58,123 nucleotides of DNA, taken from positions 1 to 58,123 of the forward strand of contig JAKQIZ010000075.1 in assembly GCA_029561465.1 (NCBI GenBank). Reading direction: 5' to 3'. Positions 28,399 through 37,718 of this stretch are shown here, piece after piece. The DNA is from Deltaproteobacteria bacterium. Its GTDB lineage: Bacteria > Desulfobacterota > Syntrophia > Syntrophales > UBA8958. A program made the position numbers and the translations under genes. The notes under the pieces were generated by a model. The model saw only the letters and a program-made list of their open reading frames with translations, made no database searches and was not told where the DNA came from. The stretch's first letter is position 1, and each line of letters starts with the position of its first letter.

Positions 28399-28566
28399 GC
28401 TTTATGTGCCAATTTAGTCCCGCCATTTTTTTATCGAGGGGAACATATGGAAATTGCTTGTAATATATTCATCATCGAAACGTAAATGCACATTTCAAAT
28501 GTTGTGGCGCAATGAAATTTCCATATCGGCGGAATAATTTCAGGGCATCAATGACTAAGATTTGCA

Positions 28567-29313
28567 ATGAATTTTAAAGAAAGGATGGTGAACACCATGA
28601 AGGAAATGGAAAACGACAATCCGACATATATGGCAGGATTGATCATTATCTGCACTTTTCTTTCCAGCCTGCTATTTCCCGGATTCGTCACGGGAGAGGA
28701 GAGAGAGAGTCATGCTTCGAAAAAATCGTCATACCGCCCAACAGTGGTTTGCGTGGCCGATTTCTCGCTCCATACTGAGGACGGCGACAAGAAAAGCCAT
28801 GGCCCGCTCCAGGTGAGAAATCGATTACAGAACAGATTAGATCTGCAGATGCAAGAGAGCCCCCAGGAAAAAGCCCGCAAGATTGTCGATATCCTTGCCC
28901 AATCCATCGTTCATGAGCTTAATGAAAAGAACATCAAGGCGGTCAGATATTCAGAACAGACAAGTCTGCCAGCCAATAGCTGGCTTCTTGAGGGTGAATT
29001 CGTTGAGTACGACGAGGGGGATCGCCTGAAAAGGACCGTTATCGGGTTCGGAAGCGGCTCGGCAGACATGGAGATCATGATGAAAGTGAGCGAAGTGGTT
29101 GATAGTGGCTTGAGACTTCTGTTCGATTCGGCGATGGACGGAAAAAAGAACAGGATGCCGGGGGCTGTCGTAACTATGAATCCTTACGTGGCGGGTGCTA
29201 AATTCGTCATGACCAAAACAGCTCCAGAGCGGGAAGTAAAGAAGCTTGGCATACGGATTGCCGATACACTCTACGAGGTCATTGAGGGATCACCGGTAAA
29301 AACTCAACACTAA
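28567..29313 (+). CDS. DUF4410-like exported protein
   Basis: Hydrophobic N-terminal segment; LLEGEFVEYDEGDRLKRTVIGFGSG, MPGAVVTMNPYVAGAKFV. Start uncertain. Confidence 0.75.
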   Translation: MNFKERMVNTMKEMENDNPTYMAGLIIICTFLSSLLFPGFVTGEERESHASKKSSYRPTVVCVADFSLHTEDGDKKSHGPLQVRNRLQNRLDLQMQESPQEKARKIVDILAQSIVHELNEKNIKAVRYSEQTSLPANSWLLEGEFVEYDEGDRLKRTVIGFGSGSADMEIMMKVSEVVDSGLRLLFDSAMDGKKNRMPGAVVTMNPYVAGAKFVMTKTAPEREVKKLGIRIADTLYEVIEGSPVKTQH

Positions 29314-29618
29314 AGGAACGATTGTATAAAGGTTTATCTTTAAAAGATGCAGTAAAATAGAAAAAAGGTACAACGCCGCTCAGGAAAGGGAAATTGAAAA
29401 AGCAACGACGATAAAATTGAGGCCCCTGTAAAAGGTCAATTTCAAGTTACTGCATGATAAGGCGCCCCAGGGGGCGTGGGTCGCTATCCAGTAATTACCG
29501 TGTCGGCGGGATTACAGTATTTCCTGAACAGTAATCAGCTCTACCAAACTGATTGGCATAAGTTCTGGACTCGCGTTTGCACGCGGATGGCCTTATTCAC
29601 GCTTCTTGCGAGTTGTTC

Positions 29619-29663
29619 AAAAAAGCCCCCTGACGAAGCGGTTTCATCAGGAGGCCTTTTTTT
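29619..29663. terminator. Bidirectional terminator-like hairpin
   Basis: A6-GCCCCCTGACGAA...TTCATCAGGAGGC-C-T7 between convergent genes. Confidence 0.65.
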
Positions 29664-29757
29664 GGGACACAGTTTGAACGGTCGGAGCCGTATTTCTTAA
29701 GCATCAGGAGAGGTCCAACCTCGTTACGGCGCGATCACGCCTCCCGCTGCTCGATTC

Positions 29758-30033
29758 TCAGCCGACCAGGTTCTTGATGCCTTCGATCACAGGATTGGTG
29801 AAGAGGGCGATGAGGACCGTGTAGAGGGCGAAGACCCCGGCCACTTCGCCGGTGTACATCTTCTCGTACTTGTGCTTCAGGCTGATGATCACCATCCCGC
29901 CCACGATCAGGCAGCCGAGCTGGAAGTAGGGGAAGTTGGCCACGCCCGCCGCCGCGTATTCGGCCAGGGCGAAAGTCCCGGTGCAAAGAACCACCACTAT
30001 TGCCGCTACCAAAGTTCCTAATGTCTTTTTCAT
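29758..30033 (-). CDS. Small membrane protein (91 aa, 2-3 hydrophobic segments)
   Basis: GGAGG RBS, GC3-rich codons, signal-like N-terminus and two TM segments. Confidence 0.75.
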   Translation of the reverse strand: MKKTLGTLVAAIVVVLCTGTFALAEYAAAGVANFPYFQLGCLIVGGMVIISLKHKYEKMYTGEVAGVFALYTVLIALFTNPVIEGIKNLVG

Positions 30034-30092
30034 CTTCCGTGTCCTCCGTTTATTTTAATTTTTTTTGTTGTCTTCCGTTTGACTTTAGGTGA

Positions 30093-30108
30093 TGCGAGGA
30101 GCATGCCA
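30093..30108 (-). promoter_or_regulatory. sigma-54 -24/-12 promoter motif
   Basis: Minus strand TGGCATGCTCCTCGCA = GG-N10-GC, 60 nt upstream of the small membrane gene. Confidence 0.7.
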
Positions 30109-30323
30109 AAATCGACAGACAACCTTTACACAAAGGATATGTGTATGTATTTGCTCATATATTGTCTGCCATAGCCGGGAGAAAAAACCAAATTTCCGTC
30201 GGATTAATAGGACCATTTTTAAAAAATCTTTCAACCCGTGGAACGAAACGATTGAAAAAGACGTGATTACGACTTTTTTCTCATGGAAAAGGAAAGCAGG
30301 ACGGCGTGAAGCGGCGCCACCCA

Positions 30324-31319
30324 TCAAAACGAGAAGCAGACGGACAAGCCTCCGTAGAGATAGGAGCTTTCCCGGTCCACTGCCGATGCTGTTCCTTTCA
30401 GGCCCGTTCCTTTCATCTCGTACCTCGCATCGTCGGAAAGGGGAAACACATAAGAGATCGTCGGGGTGACCGTTATCTGTCCGGTAGCCTTGACGGGGAG
30501 GCTCATGGTCACCGTGCCGTCATGAAAATTGTTGAACTTGTCGTCCATCGCCGCCGCGTCGCTATTGAATCTGGGATAGCCGCCGTAGCCCTCCCCGGCA
30601 TTGAAAAGGGCGGCATCGGCGTAGGTGCTCAGGAGATAGCTTGCCGTCGCCGCAATCTTCAGGGAGACCCTCTTGGTAAAGTCATGGGTGTGGGAAATCC
30701 CCAAAAGAAAATACCAATTACGGTAGTGGTCCATTTCCTTGTAGGCCGTCATGGTCGGTGCAAGAAGGGTATTGAGACTTACCGAGGCGAATATCTCCTG
30801 GGCATCGGCACGATCCGGGGCATCCTTGTTGAGGGCGCCCAGACTGTAATAGATGTAGCCGGCCCCGAGGTTGAATATCCCCAGCTTCTTGGAGTAGGAT
30901 ATCGTAAAATCCGTTTCGTTCCAAGAACTTGCATAGTTGGTATCGGTGGCGCCCGCAAAATAGGGGCGCATATCCAGGTTGCCCCAGAGACCGGCGGAGA
31001 AGCCTTTGTAACCGATCGTCGTCGCCGGCTGGACGACGATACTGTGCCGGCTCATTTCATAACCCCGCCAGATGTATTGGCTTATGGCCGCCACGGTGAA
31101 ATCACCAGTGGGTCGTTCTTCCTCGTCGGCCGCGGCGGAGGTTGCCACGGGCGGTGTTGCCGCCGACAATCGTGACACCGGCGCCCCGGTTGTTTCCAAT
31201 GACGTGGACATGTATTTTCCCGAGCGTGAGATTTCTTCCGCCCGGACGGTAAAACTAAAACTGAAAAGAATCAGGGCCGACAGCAGGATAGCCGCCGCCG
31301 TCTGTATTTTAGTTGACAT
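30324..31319 (-). CDS. TorF/Gcw_chp-like outer-membrane beta-barrel protein
   Basis: Signal peptide, SQYIWRGYEMS...VVQP, WNETDFTISY, AGYIYY, terminal Phe. Confidence 0.75.
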   Translation of the reverse strand: MSTKIQTAAAILLSALILFSFSFTVRAEEISRSGKYMSTSLETTGAPVSRLSAATPPVATSAAADEEERPTGDFTVAAISQYIWRGYEMSRHSIVVQPATTIGYKGFSAGLWGNLDMRPYFAGATDTNYASSWNETDFTISYSKKLGIFNLGAGYIYYSLGALNKDAPDRADAQEIFASVSLNTLLAPTMTAYKEMDHYRNWYFLLGISHTHDFTKRVSLKIAATASYLLSTYADAALFNAGEGYGGYPRFNSDAAAMDDKFNNFHDGTVTMSLPVKATGQITVTPTISYVFPLSDDARYEMKGTGLKGTASAVDRESSYLYGGLSVCFSF

Positions 31320-31511
31320 GGATGCTTCCTCCTTCACCAAGTAGTAAATAAAATTTGAATACTTCCTATTCAGCCTGTTTTTTAGCTTATTATGGTTTCA
31401 TCGTATCTGATGAAGAAAAATAATGCTTTTCTTCATCTTCCCGCAGGGATGTGATCAAATGGGTGATGCATTAACGGTTCTTTCCGGGAACAAAGGGTCC
31501 GGGATGATCCT

Positions 31512-31853
31512 TCAGCCGATGGCCACCCCGCCCCGCTCTCCGGTTCTGATCCGCAGCACCTCGTACAGATCCAGGATGAAGATCTTGCCGTCGCCTACCT
31601 CGCCGGTGTGGGCGCTGTCGGTAATGGCCGCCAGGGCCGGGGCCACATAATCCTCGTTGACGGCGATCTCCAGTTTAACTTTTTTCAGGAGGCTGCCCGC
31701 TTCCTTGGCGCCCCGGTAAACCTCCGTGACGCCTTTCTGCCGACCCCGGCCCAGGACGTTGGACACCGTCACCAAGGGTATTTCCACCTTTTCTAGGGCG
31801 GCCATAACTTCGTCTAACTTATGGGGCTGAATAATGGCGATGATGTATTTCAT
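31512..31853 (-). CDS. glnK: P-II nitrogen regulator
   Basis: IIAIIQPHKL, GRGRQKG...YRG T-loop, TGEVGDGKIF, RIRTGE; directly downstream of amtB. Confidence 0.93.
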   Translation of the reverse strand: MKYIIAIIQPHKLDEVMAALEKVEIPLVTVSNVLGRGRQKGVTEVYRGAKEAGSLLKKVKLEIAVNEDYVAPALAAITDSAHTGEVGDGKIFILDLYEVLRIRTGERGGVAIG

Positions 31854-31926
31854 GGCACTGATCCTTTTTACTCAATAATATCGTACATGTTGCCTGTAAT
31901 GGATTCGCGGTGGCGGGCATCGGATT

Positions 31927-33159
31927 TCATTCGATGACCGTGTAGGCGGCTTCGCTCTGCTGGGTCAGGTCGAGGCCGATGTTCTCTTCCCTTTCTTTGA
32001 CCCGGACACACATCAGGGCGTCCACGATTTTGTAGATGATAATGGTCATTATCACGGCGTAGAGGGGCGCCGCGACCGCCATGACCACCTGGGGCCAGAG
32101 TTGCGCCCCGCCGAAAAAGAGCCCGTCCGCTCCAGAGGCGTTGACCGCCTTTTCCGCGAAGAGGCCCACCGCGATGGTACCCCAGATGCCGCCGACCCCG
32201 TGGACTCCGAAGGCGTCCAGGGCATCGTCGTAGCCGAGGCGGGTCTTGATCACGGTAACGGCGATATAGCAGACGAAAGCAACGACAATGCCGATGAAAA
32301 TGGCATTCATGGGGTTCACGAACCCGCAGGCCGGCGTGATCGCCACCAGACCCGCCACCGCCCCCGTGACGGTTCCCAGGATCGTCGGTTTGCCATGCCG
32401 CTGCCATTCGATAAGTGCCCAGGTCAGTCCCGCCGCCGCCGTGCCGATATGGGTGACCACGAAGGCATTGGCCGCCAGTTCATTGGCCCCCAGGGCGGAG
32501 CCGGCATTGAAACCGAACCAGCCGAACCAGAGCAACGCCCCGCCCAGGACCGTAAAGGGGAGATTGTGCGGTCGGAAAGGCGTCTTTTGGTAGCCCAGCC
32601 GTTTCCCCAAGAGGATACAAAGGACCAGGGCCGACACCCCAGAACTGGCGTGGACGACGATGCCGCCGGCAAAATCTAGGCCGCCGAGGTTCCTCATCCA
32701 GCCCCCGGTCCCCCAGACCCAGTGGGCCAGGAGGTCATAGACGAGCGTCGTCCAGAGGATCGTAAAGACCAGGAAGGCGGAAAACTTCATCCGTTCCGCA
32801 AAGGCGCCGATCATCAGGGCCGGAGTGATCACGGCGAACATACATTGAAAGATCATGAAGACGCCGTGAGGGATCGTGGCGGCGTAATCGCCATTGGGCT
32901 GCCCCCCCACATGATTGAGACCCGCCCACTCCAGACCGCCGATAATCCCCTGCCCCGTATCGGCACCGAAGGACAGGGAATAACCGAACAGGACCCATTG
33001 GAGGGAGATTACGCACATGATGATGAAGCATTGCATGAGGACGGAAAGGACATTTTTCCGGCGGACCAGCCCTCCGTAAAAGAAGGCCAGTCCCGGGATG
33101 GTCATGGCAAAGACGAGGATCGTGGATAACATTACCCACGCCGTATCGCCGGTGTTCAT
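31927..33159 (-). CDS. amtB: Ammonium transporter
   Basis: FFYGGLVR, DFAGGIVVH, WFGWFGFNAGS, DDALDAFGVHG (twin His). Confidence 0.97.
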   Translation of the reverse strand: MNTGDTAWVMLSTILVFAMTIPGLAFFYGGLVRRKNVLSVLMQCFIIMCVISLQWVLFGYSLSFGADTGQGIIGGLEWAGLNHVGGQPNGDYAATIPHGVFMIFQCMFAVITPALMIGAFAERMKFSAFLVFTILWTTLVYDLLAHWVWGTGGWMRNLGGLDFAGGIVVHASSGVSALVLCILLGKRLGYQKTPFRPHNLPFTVLGGALLWFGWFGFNAGSALGANELAANAFVVTHIGTAAAGLTWALIEWQRHGKPTILGTVTGAVAGLVAITPACGFVNPMNAIFIGIVVAFVCYIAVTVIKTRLGYDDALDAFGVHGVGGIWGTIAVGLFAEKAVNASGADGLFFGGAQLWPQVVMAVAAPLYAVIMTIIIYKIVDALMCVRVKEREENIGLDLTQQSEAAYTVIE

Positions 33160-33206
33160 AAGGCACCTCCTGACAAGAAATTTCCGGTTAGGGATAATCC
33201 GGGAAC

Positions 33207-33223
33207 ATCAAGGAGTATGCCAG
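33207..33223 (-). promoter_or_regulatory. sigma-54-like promoter of amtB-glnK
   Basis: Minus strand CTGGCATACTCCTTGAT = GG-N10-GA variant, nearly identical to the motif at 30093. Confidence 0.6.
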
Positions 33224-33484
33224 GGGAATTTATTGGTGGTTAAGGCGATGATTTTATTTGTATAATTTCCAAGATAGCCTGAAAGGTGCGGCGCCGGATC
33301 TGGAACATGATTGTCTTATTGGTGAAGATACGAACAAAATTGTATCGAGAATTAAAAGATAAACCACCCCTTCGGGTTAGACGCCCGGCCGTGATTTTTT
33401 CTGGCCGGCTTGCTTACGGCCACCATTGGTTTCCCAATGCTCCGTATGTCGGTGATCCGGTGGAAATTACCGGCAAAAGACGAT

Positions 33485-33931
33485 TCAATCCAATTTGTTA
33501 TTGTTGCGCTGTCTCTCCTGGAGCAGGAGAAAAGTCGCGGAGACCCGACATACATTCCGGCCTCTGTCGTCCGTGAGGAGGCAGTCGCCGATGATGAGGC
33601 TTTGACCCTTCTTGAACACCGTGGCCGTAGCGGTGACCGCGCCGGAACTTACCGCCGCCAGGAAGTTGCTTTTCAACTCAATGGTGGTCAAACCTTCCCG
33701 GTCGTCCAGGGTGGTGACCATGGCATGGGCGATAGCTTCGTCCGCCAGGGCTACCATCAGACCGCCCTGCAGCCTGCCTGCGCCTTGCAGGTATTCCGGG
33801 CGGACCGGCAGACGAAATCTGGCAAAACCTTCTTTGATTTCCAAGGGTTCGATGCCGATAAAATCCATAAAGGGATTCAATCCCTTTATACCCGCCCGTA
33901 TATTATCCAGATATTTCTTGAAGTCGGGAAT
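33485..33931 (-). CDS. PaaI family thioesterase
   Basis: PFMDFIGIE...LQGAGRLQGGLMVALAD...TTIELKSNFL hot-dog fold; start placed at ATT after TAAGGAGG (uncertain). Confidence 0.85.
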   Translation of the reverse strand: MPDFKKYLDNIRAGIKGLNPFMDFIGIEPLEIKEGFARFRLPVRPEYLQGAGRLQGGLMVALADEAIAHAMVTTLDDREGLTTIELKSNFLAAVSSGAVTATATVFKKGQSLIIGDCLLTDDRGRNVCRVSATFLLLQERQRNNNKLD

Positions 33932-34093
33932 GGCAATCCTCCTTATCGTCCCACCGCCGGCACCGATGCCGCGGCCCCGCCGCAGGTGGCGCCGGTCCAA
34001 GGCGGTAGGGAGTTAGCGGGCGGCAGGCGGAAAAAGATCCGCCCGCCGTGCTGCGATTGCCTCCAAAGGTCCGCCTCAGGCCTCCGGACGTTT

Positions 34094-34504
34094 CTACAGA
34101 TCATAGTTGCCCGCCGCCTCGGGCTGGTACAGGATGCTGATGATTTTGTATGTCCGCTTCTTCCCCGAGGGAAGGGGCCATTGAATTTCGTCGCCGGCGC
34201 TCAGACCCAAAAGGGCGGCACCCACCGGCGCCAGGATGGAGATCCGCCTCTGGTTCACGTCGGCCTGGGAGGGATATACCAAGGTGGCCTCAGTTTCTTC
34301 TCCTGTTTCCAACTCCCGGAAGACGACCCGGGAATTCATGGTCACCACATCGGCAGGAATCTCCGCGGATGGGACTATCACGGCGCGTTCCAGTTCCTCC
34401 CGTAATCTTCTGATGTTGGGATGGTTCCCTGCTCCCGCCACCATTGGTTCCAGACGCTCCATGTCTTTTTCCGTGATGAATATATTCCTCTTCTCAGTGG
34501 TCAT
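34094..34504 (-). CDS. rnk: Regulator of nucleoside diphosphate kinase (GreA/GreB C-terminal family)
   Basis: IFITEKDMERL, DVVTMNSRV, ISILAPVGAALLGL, ILYQPEAAG. Confidence 0.9.
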   Translation of the reverse strand: MTTEKRNIFITEKDMERLEPMVAGAGNHPNIRRLREELERAVIVPSAEIPADVVTMNSRVVFRELETGEETEATLVYPSQADVNQRRISILAPVGAALLGLSAGDEIQWPLPSGKKRTYKIISILYQPEAAGNYDL

Positions 34505-34826
34505 GGCGATTATCCTCCTCTGGTCGGAGTGAAAGGATCATTCTTTCCTCCGGGCGTTTTGTGCCGGTGCATGTCGATCGGGAGGGAACTTCACCTCATG
34601 ACCCGATTGGTATAGTGCAACATGTATCTATCCGGCACGGCGCGGATATTGGCATTAAAAAACAGCGTCTGATAAGGCTATTATGAAAAATTGCTTCTGT
34701 CAACGCGAAAAGGAGTTGATTGCAGGGAAGGCAATAAATCTGGTAAACAGCCCGGACATGCCGCCGGTGAATTACCACCCTACCGGAGGTGCGGGAATAT
34801 GTGTGGGGGAGAGAGGTTGTTTGGCG

Positions 34827-35978
34827 ATGGCCGAAGGGGAGATGAAATACGGCGCCCTGGTCCGGACAGGGATGCTCATGGGGATGCGTAAGGGATGGAG
34901 CGGGTTCGTCTGGATGATGAAGATCGTCCTGCCCATTTCTTTGCTCACGGCGCTCCTGGAATGGAGCGGCTGGCTCCGGCAGCTCGACTTCCTCCTCACG
35001 CCGGCAATGAGCCTCCTCCATCTTCCCGCCGCCGCCGCCCTCCCCCTGATCATCGGGATGCTGGCCAACATCTACGGCGGGATCGCCGCCATGGTCCTTT
35101 TACCACTAACGGAAGGGCAGATGACCCTCATCGGCGTCTTCCTCCTTATGGCCCACAACCTCATTCAGGAGGGGGTCATCCAGGGCCAGTCGGGCATCCA
35201 TCCCGTGAAGGCCACGCTGTTCCGCATTGTAACGGCCGCCCTTACCGTCATGATCATCGGTCCCTGGGTGGCCGGCGTTCCCGCCGTCACCCCGCCGCCG
35301 ACCCTGCGGGCAGCCAATACAGTCGCCGCTCCGGCGGGGGATCAAGGGGCGCGGTGTGAGCCCATGGTCGTTCCGACTTCGCCGCCGCCGGCCGCCAGTG
35401 TGCCTGCCGGCGCCACGAACACGAAAATACCGGCAACCGTGCCTCCCGTCCCCGTAAGCAACGCTCCCGGCTCACCGGCCACACCATCGACGGGAATTGC
35501 CGCCGCGGATACTTCCCCCGCCCTCCCCCTTACGGACATGCTCCGCCAGTGGTTCTGGACCACGGCGGTCCTCTGCGGCAAGATCTTCCTCATCATCATG
35601 GGGATCATGACCCTACTGGAAACGATGAAGTTTCTTGACTGGATCAAGTACATCGTCCGGCTGTTTTCCCCGCTCCTCCGGGTGATGGGCCTGGATGCCC
35701 AGATGGGTCTCCTCTGGATGACGGCCATCGTCTTCGGGCTGGCCTACGGCGGCGCGGTAATTGTCGAGGAGGCGAAGGCGGAGCACCTCTCCAAGGACGA
35801 ACTGGAGATCCTCCACCTGTCCATCGGCATCAACCATTCCATGGTGGAAGACCCGCCCCTGTTCATCTCCCTGGGTCTTAGCCCCTTCTGGCTCTACATC
35901 CCTCGCCTGATCGTCGCCGTGGTTACGGTGCACCTGATCCGTCTGTGGCGCCGGGTTCGCCACCCCCAGGCCCGGTGA
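34827..35978 (+). CDS. Nucleoside-recognition (Gate)/SpmAB-like membrane protein with Pro/Ala/Thr-rich insert
   Basis: Two hydrophobic halves (LTPAMSLLHLP...NIYGG...HNLIQE; FSPLLRVMGL...GLAYGG...NHSMVED) separated by a low-complexity linker. Confidence 0.75.
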   Translation: MAEGEMKYGALVRTGMLMGMRKGWSGFVWMMKIVLPISLLTALLEWSGWLRQLDFLLTPAMSLLHLPAAAALPLIIGMLANIYGGIAAMVLLPLTEGQMTLIGVFLLMAHNLIQEGVIQGQSGIHPVKATLFRIVTAALTVMIIGPWVAGVPAVTPPPTLRAANTVAAPAGDQGARCEPMVVPTSPPPAASVPAGATNTKIPATVPPVPVSNAPGSPATPSTGIAAADTSPALPLTDMLRQWFWTTAVLCGKIFLIIMGIMTLLETMKFLDWIKYIVRLFSPLLRVMGLDAQMGLLWMTAIVFGLAYGGAVIVEEAKAEHLSKDELEILHLSIGINHSMVEDPPLFISLGLSPFWLYIPRLIVAVVTVHLIRLWRRVRHPQAR

Positions 35979-36222
35979 TGATACCGGCTTCTGGCCGCCA
36001 CCTCTCTCGAAGCCCAGCAACGCCGCCGCCCCGGATTCAAGGCCGCATGGTCCTATGGCAAACCAAAAAAGCCGGAATTGGGAGCCACAGCGAATCTCTT
36101 GGGGAGGAAACACGAAAATATTCCTTGCTATTTCCGGGATAGGCCTGTAAACGGTATCCCGTGATCGCGATAGTTATTTACCTTCCCTCTTTTCTTTTTC
36201 CAGAAACTTCGGCAGGAAATCC

Positions 36223-36343
36223 GGCTCATCGTAAAAGAATCCATCCATTGACGCAGGTTTTATCCCGATTTTTCGGCTTCCTATGAGCCCTAACACGGGA
36301 TCGGGAGTACGGCCGTGCCGTTCAACTATGGATTCATGCGTCA
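36223..36343 (+). ncRNA. Putative structured cis-regulatory leader of the DEAD-box helicase
   Basis: Five perfect complementary pairs of 5-8 nt plus one 4-nt stem within 120 nt (see findings). Confidence 0.5.
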
Positions 36344-36375
36344 CTAATACTTGAAAACAGAAGGAAAAAGAAAAA

Positions 36376-37671
36376 ATGAGATTTGAAGAGTTTGCTTTAA
36401 ACGCGAAATTGCTGGCCGAAGTGCAGTCTATGGGCTACACGATGCCGACGCCTATACAGGCAAAATCCATCCCGCCGATTATGGCCGGCCGTGATGTCAT
36501 GGGTCTTGCCCAGACCGGTACGGGGAAAACGGCCGCCTTTGTCCTGCCCATTTTACAGCGACTGATGTCGGGACCTCACGGTCCGGTCCGCGCCCTGATC
36601 ATCGCCCCGACCCGGGAGCTCAGTGAGCAGACCCATAAGGTCATTGGTTTACTGGGCCGGAAGACCCGTCTCAAGAGCGCCTCCATTTACGGCGGCGTCA
36701 ATATCAATGGACAGATAAAGCTCCTCCGTGATCGGATCGACATCATCTCCGGATGCCCGGGGCGGCTCTTGGATCACATTGACCGCGGTACCTTGGATCT
36801 GTCCAAGATTGAGGTCCTGGTCCTTGACGAAGCGGATCACATGTTCGACATGGGCTTCCTGCCGGATATCCGCCGGATCGTAAAGCGCCTTCCGGGCCGG
36901 CGTCAGACGCTGCTTTTCTCCGCCACCATGCCCGCGGACATCCAAAAACTGGCCGATGATCTCCTGCAAAACCCGCTGCACATAAAAATCGGGCACAACG
37001 CGCCCGTAGAGAGCGTGTCACACCACTTCTATCCCGTACCCATGGACGTGAAAACGGCGCTGCTCAGAGAAATACTGGATCGTACGCACAGGGACTCCGT
37101 TCTGGTCTTCACGCGCACGAAATCGCGGGCAAAGAGTGTGGCGGGCCAGCTTGGCAAATCGGGATACAAGGCCATTTCTCTCCACGGCAACCTGACCCAG
37201 CAGAAACGGCAACAGGCCATCGACGGCTTCCGCGCCGGCCGTTACGACATCATGGTGGCCACCGATATCGCCGCCCGGGGCATCGATGTGGCCGGCATCT
37301 CGCATGTTATCAATTATGATATGCCGGCGACGCTGGATGCCTATACCCACCGCATCGGCCGGACGGGCCGCGCCTCTGGAACCGGCGAAGCCTTTACGTT
37401 TGTCACCGGTCAGGACATGGAACTGGCGCAGGCGCTAAAAAGATCCCTGGGAGACAAATTGACCTATCACCGCGTCGACGGCCTTACCACCATGGTCATG
37501 CCGGATAAGCGGGATGCCGCGGACATCCGCCCAGACCGGACCGGGGCCGGAAATCCTCCCGACAACCGCAAGGGGGGAAGATCATTCTCTCCCCGGGGCC
37601 ACCGGTCCCGGTGCGGAAAATCACAGCCGCGGACACTGCCGCCCGCGGGACAACGCTCCTGGGGTCATTGA
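36376..37671 (+). CDS. rhlE: DEAD-box RNA helicase (RhlE-like)
   Basis: Q motif PTPIQ, AQTGTGKT, PTREL, DEAD, SAT, ARGID, HRIGRTGRA. Confidence 0.93.
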   Translation: MRFEEFALNAKLLAEVQSMGYTMPTPIQAKSIPPIMAGRDVMGLAQTGTGKTAAFVLPILQRLMSGPHGPVRALIIAPTRELSEQTHKVIGLLGRKTRLKSASIYGGVNINGQIKLLRDRIDIISGCPGRLLDHIDRGTLDLSKIEVLVLDEADHMFDMGFLPDIRRIVKRLPGRRQTLLFSATMPADIQKLADDLLQNPLHIKIGHNAPVESVSHHFYPVPMDVKTALLREILDRTHRDSVLVFTRTKSRAKSVAGQLGKSGYKAISLHGNLTQQKRQQAIDGFRAGRYDIMVATDIAARGIDVAGISHVINYDMPATLDAYTHRIGRTGRASGTGEAFTFVTGQDMELAQALKRSLGDKLTYHRVDGLTTMVMPDKRDAADIRPDRTGAGNPPDNRKGGRSFSPRGHRSRCGKSQPRTLPPAGQRSWGH

Positions 37672-37718
37672 GGTCCGTTACGAACGGTGACGACCAAAGC
37701 AGAGAGGGGATTGCGCCC

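Noticed and set aside
29533-29554. Hairpin AATCAGCTCTACCAAACTGATT whose reverse complement resembles a tRNA D-arm
   Set aside because: Too short, no T arm or acceptor stem; cannot be distinguished from chance.
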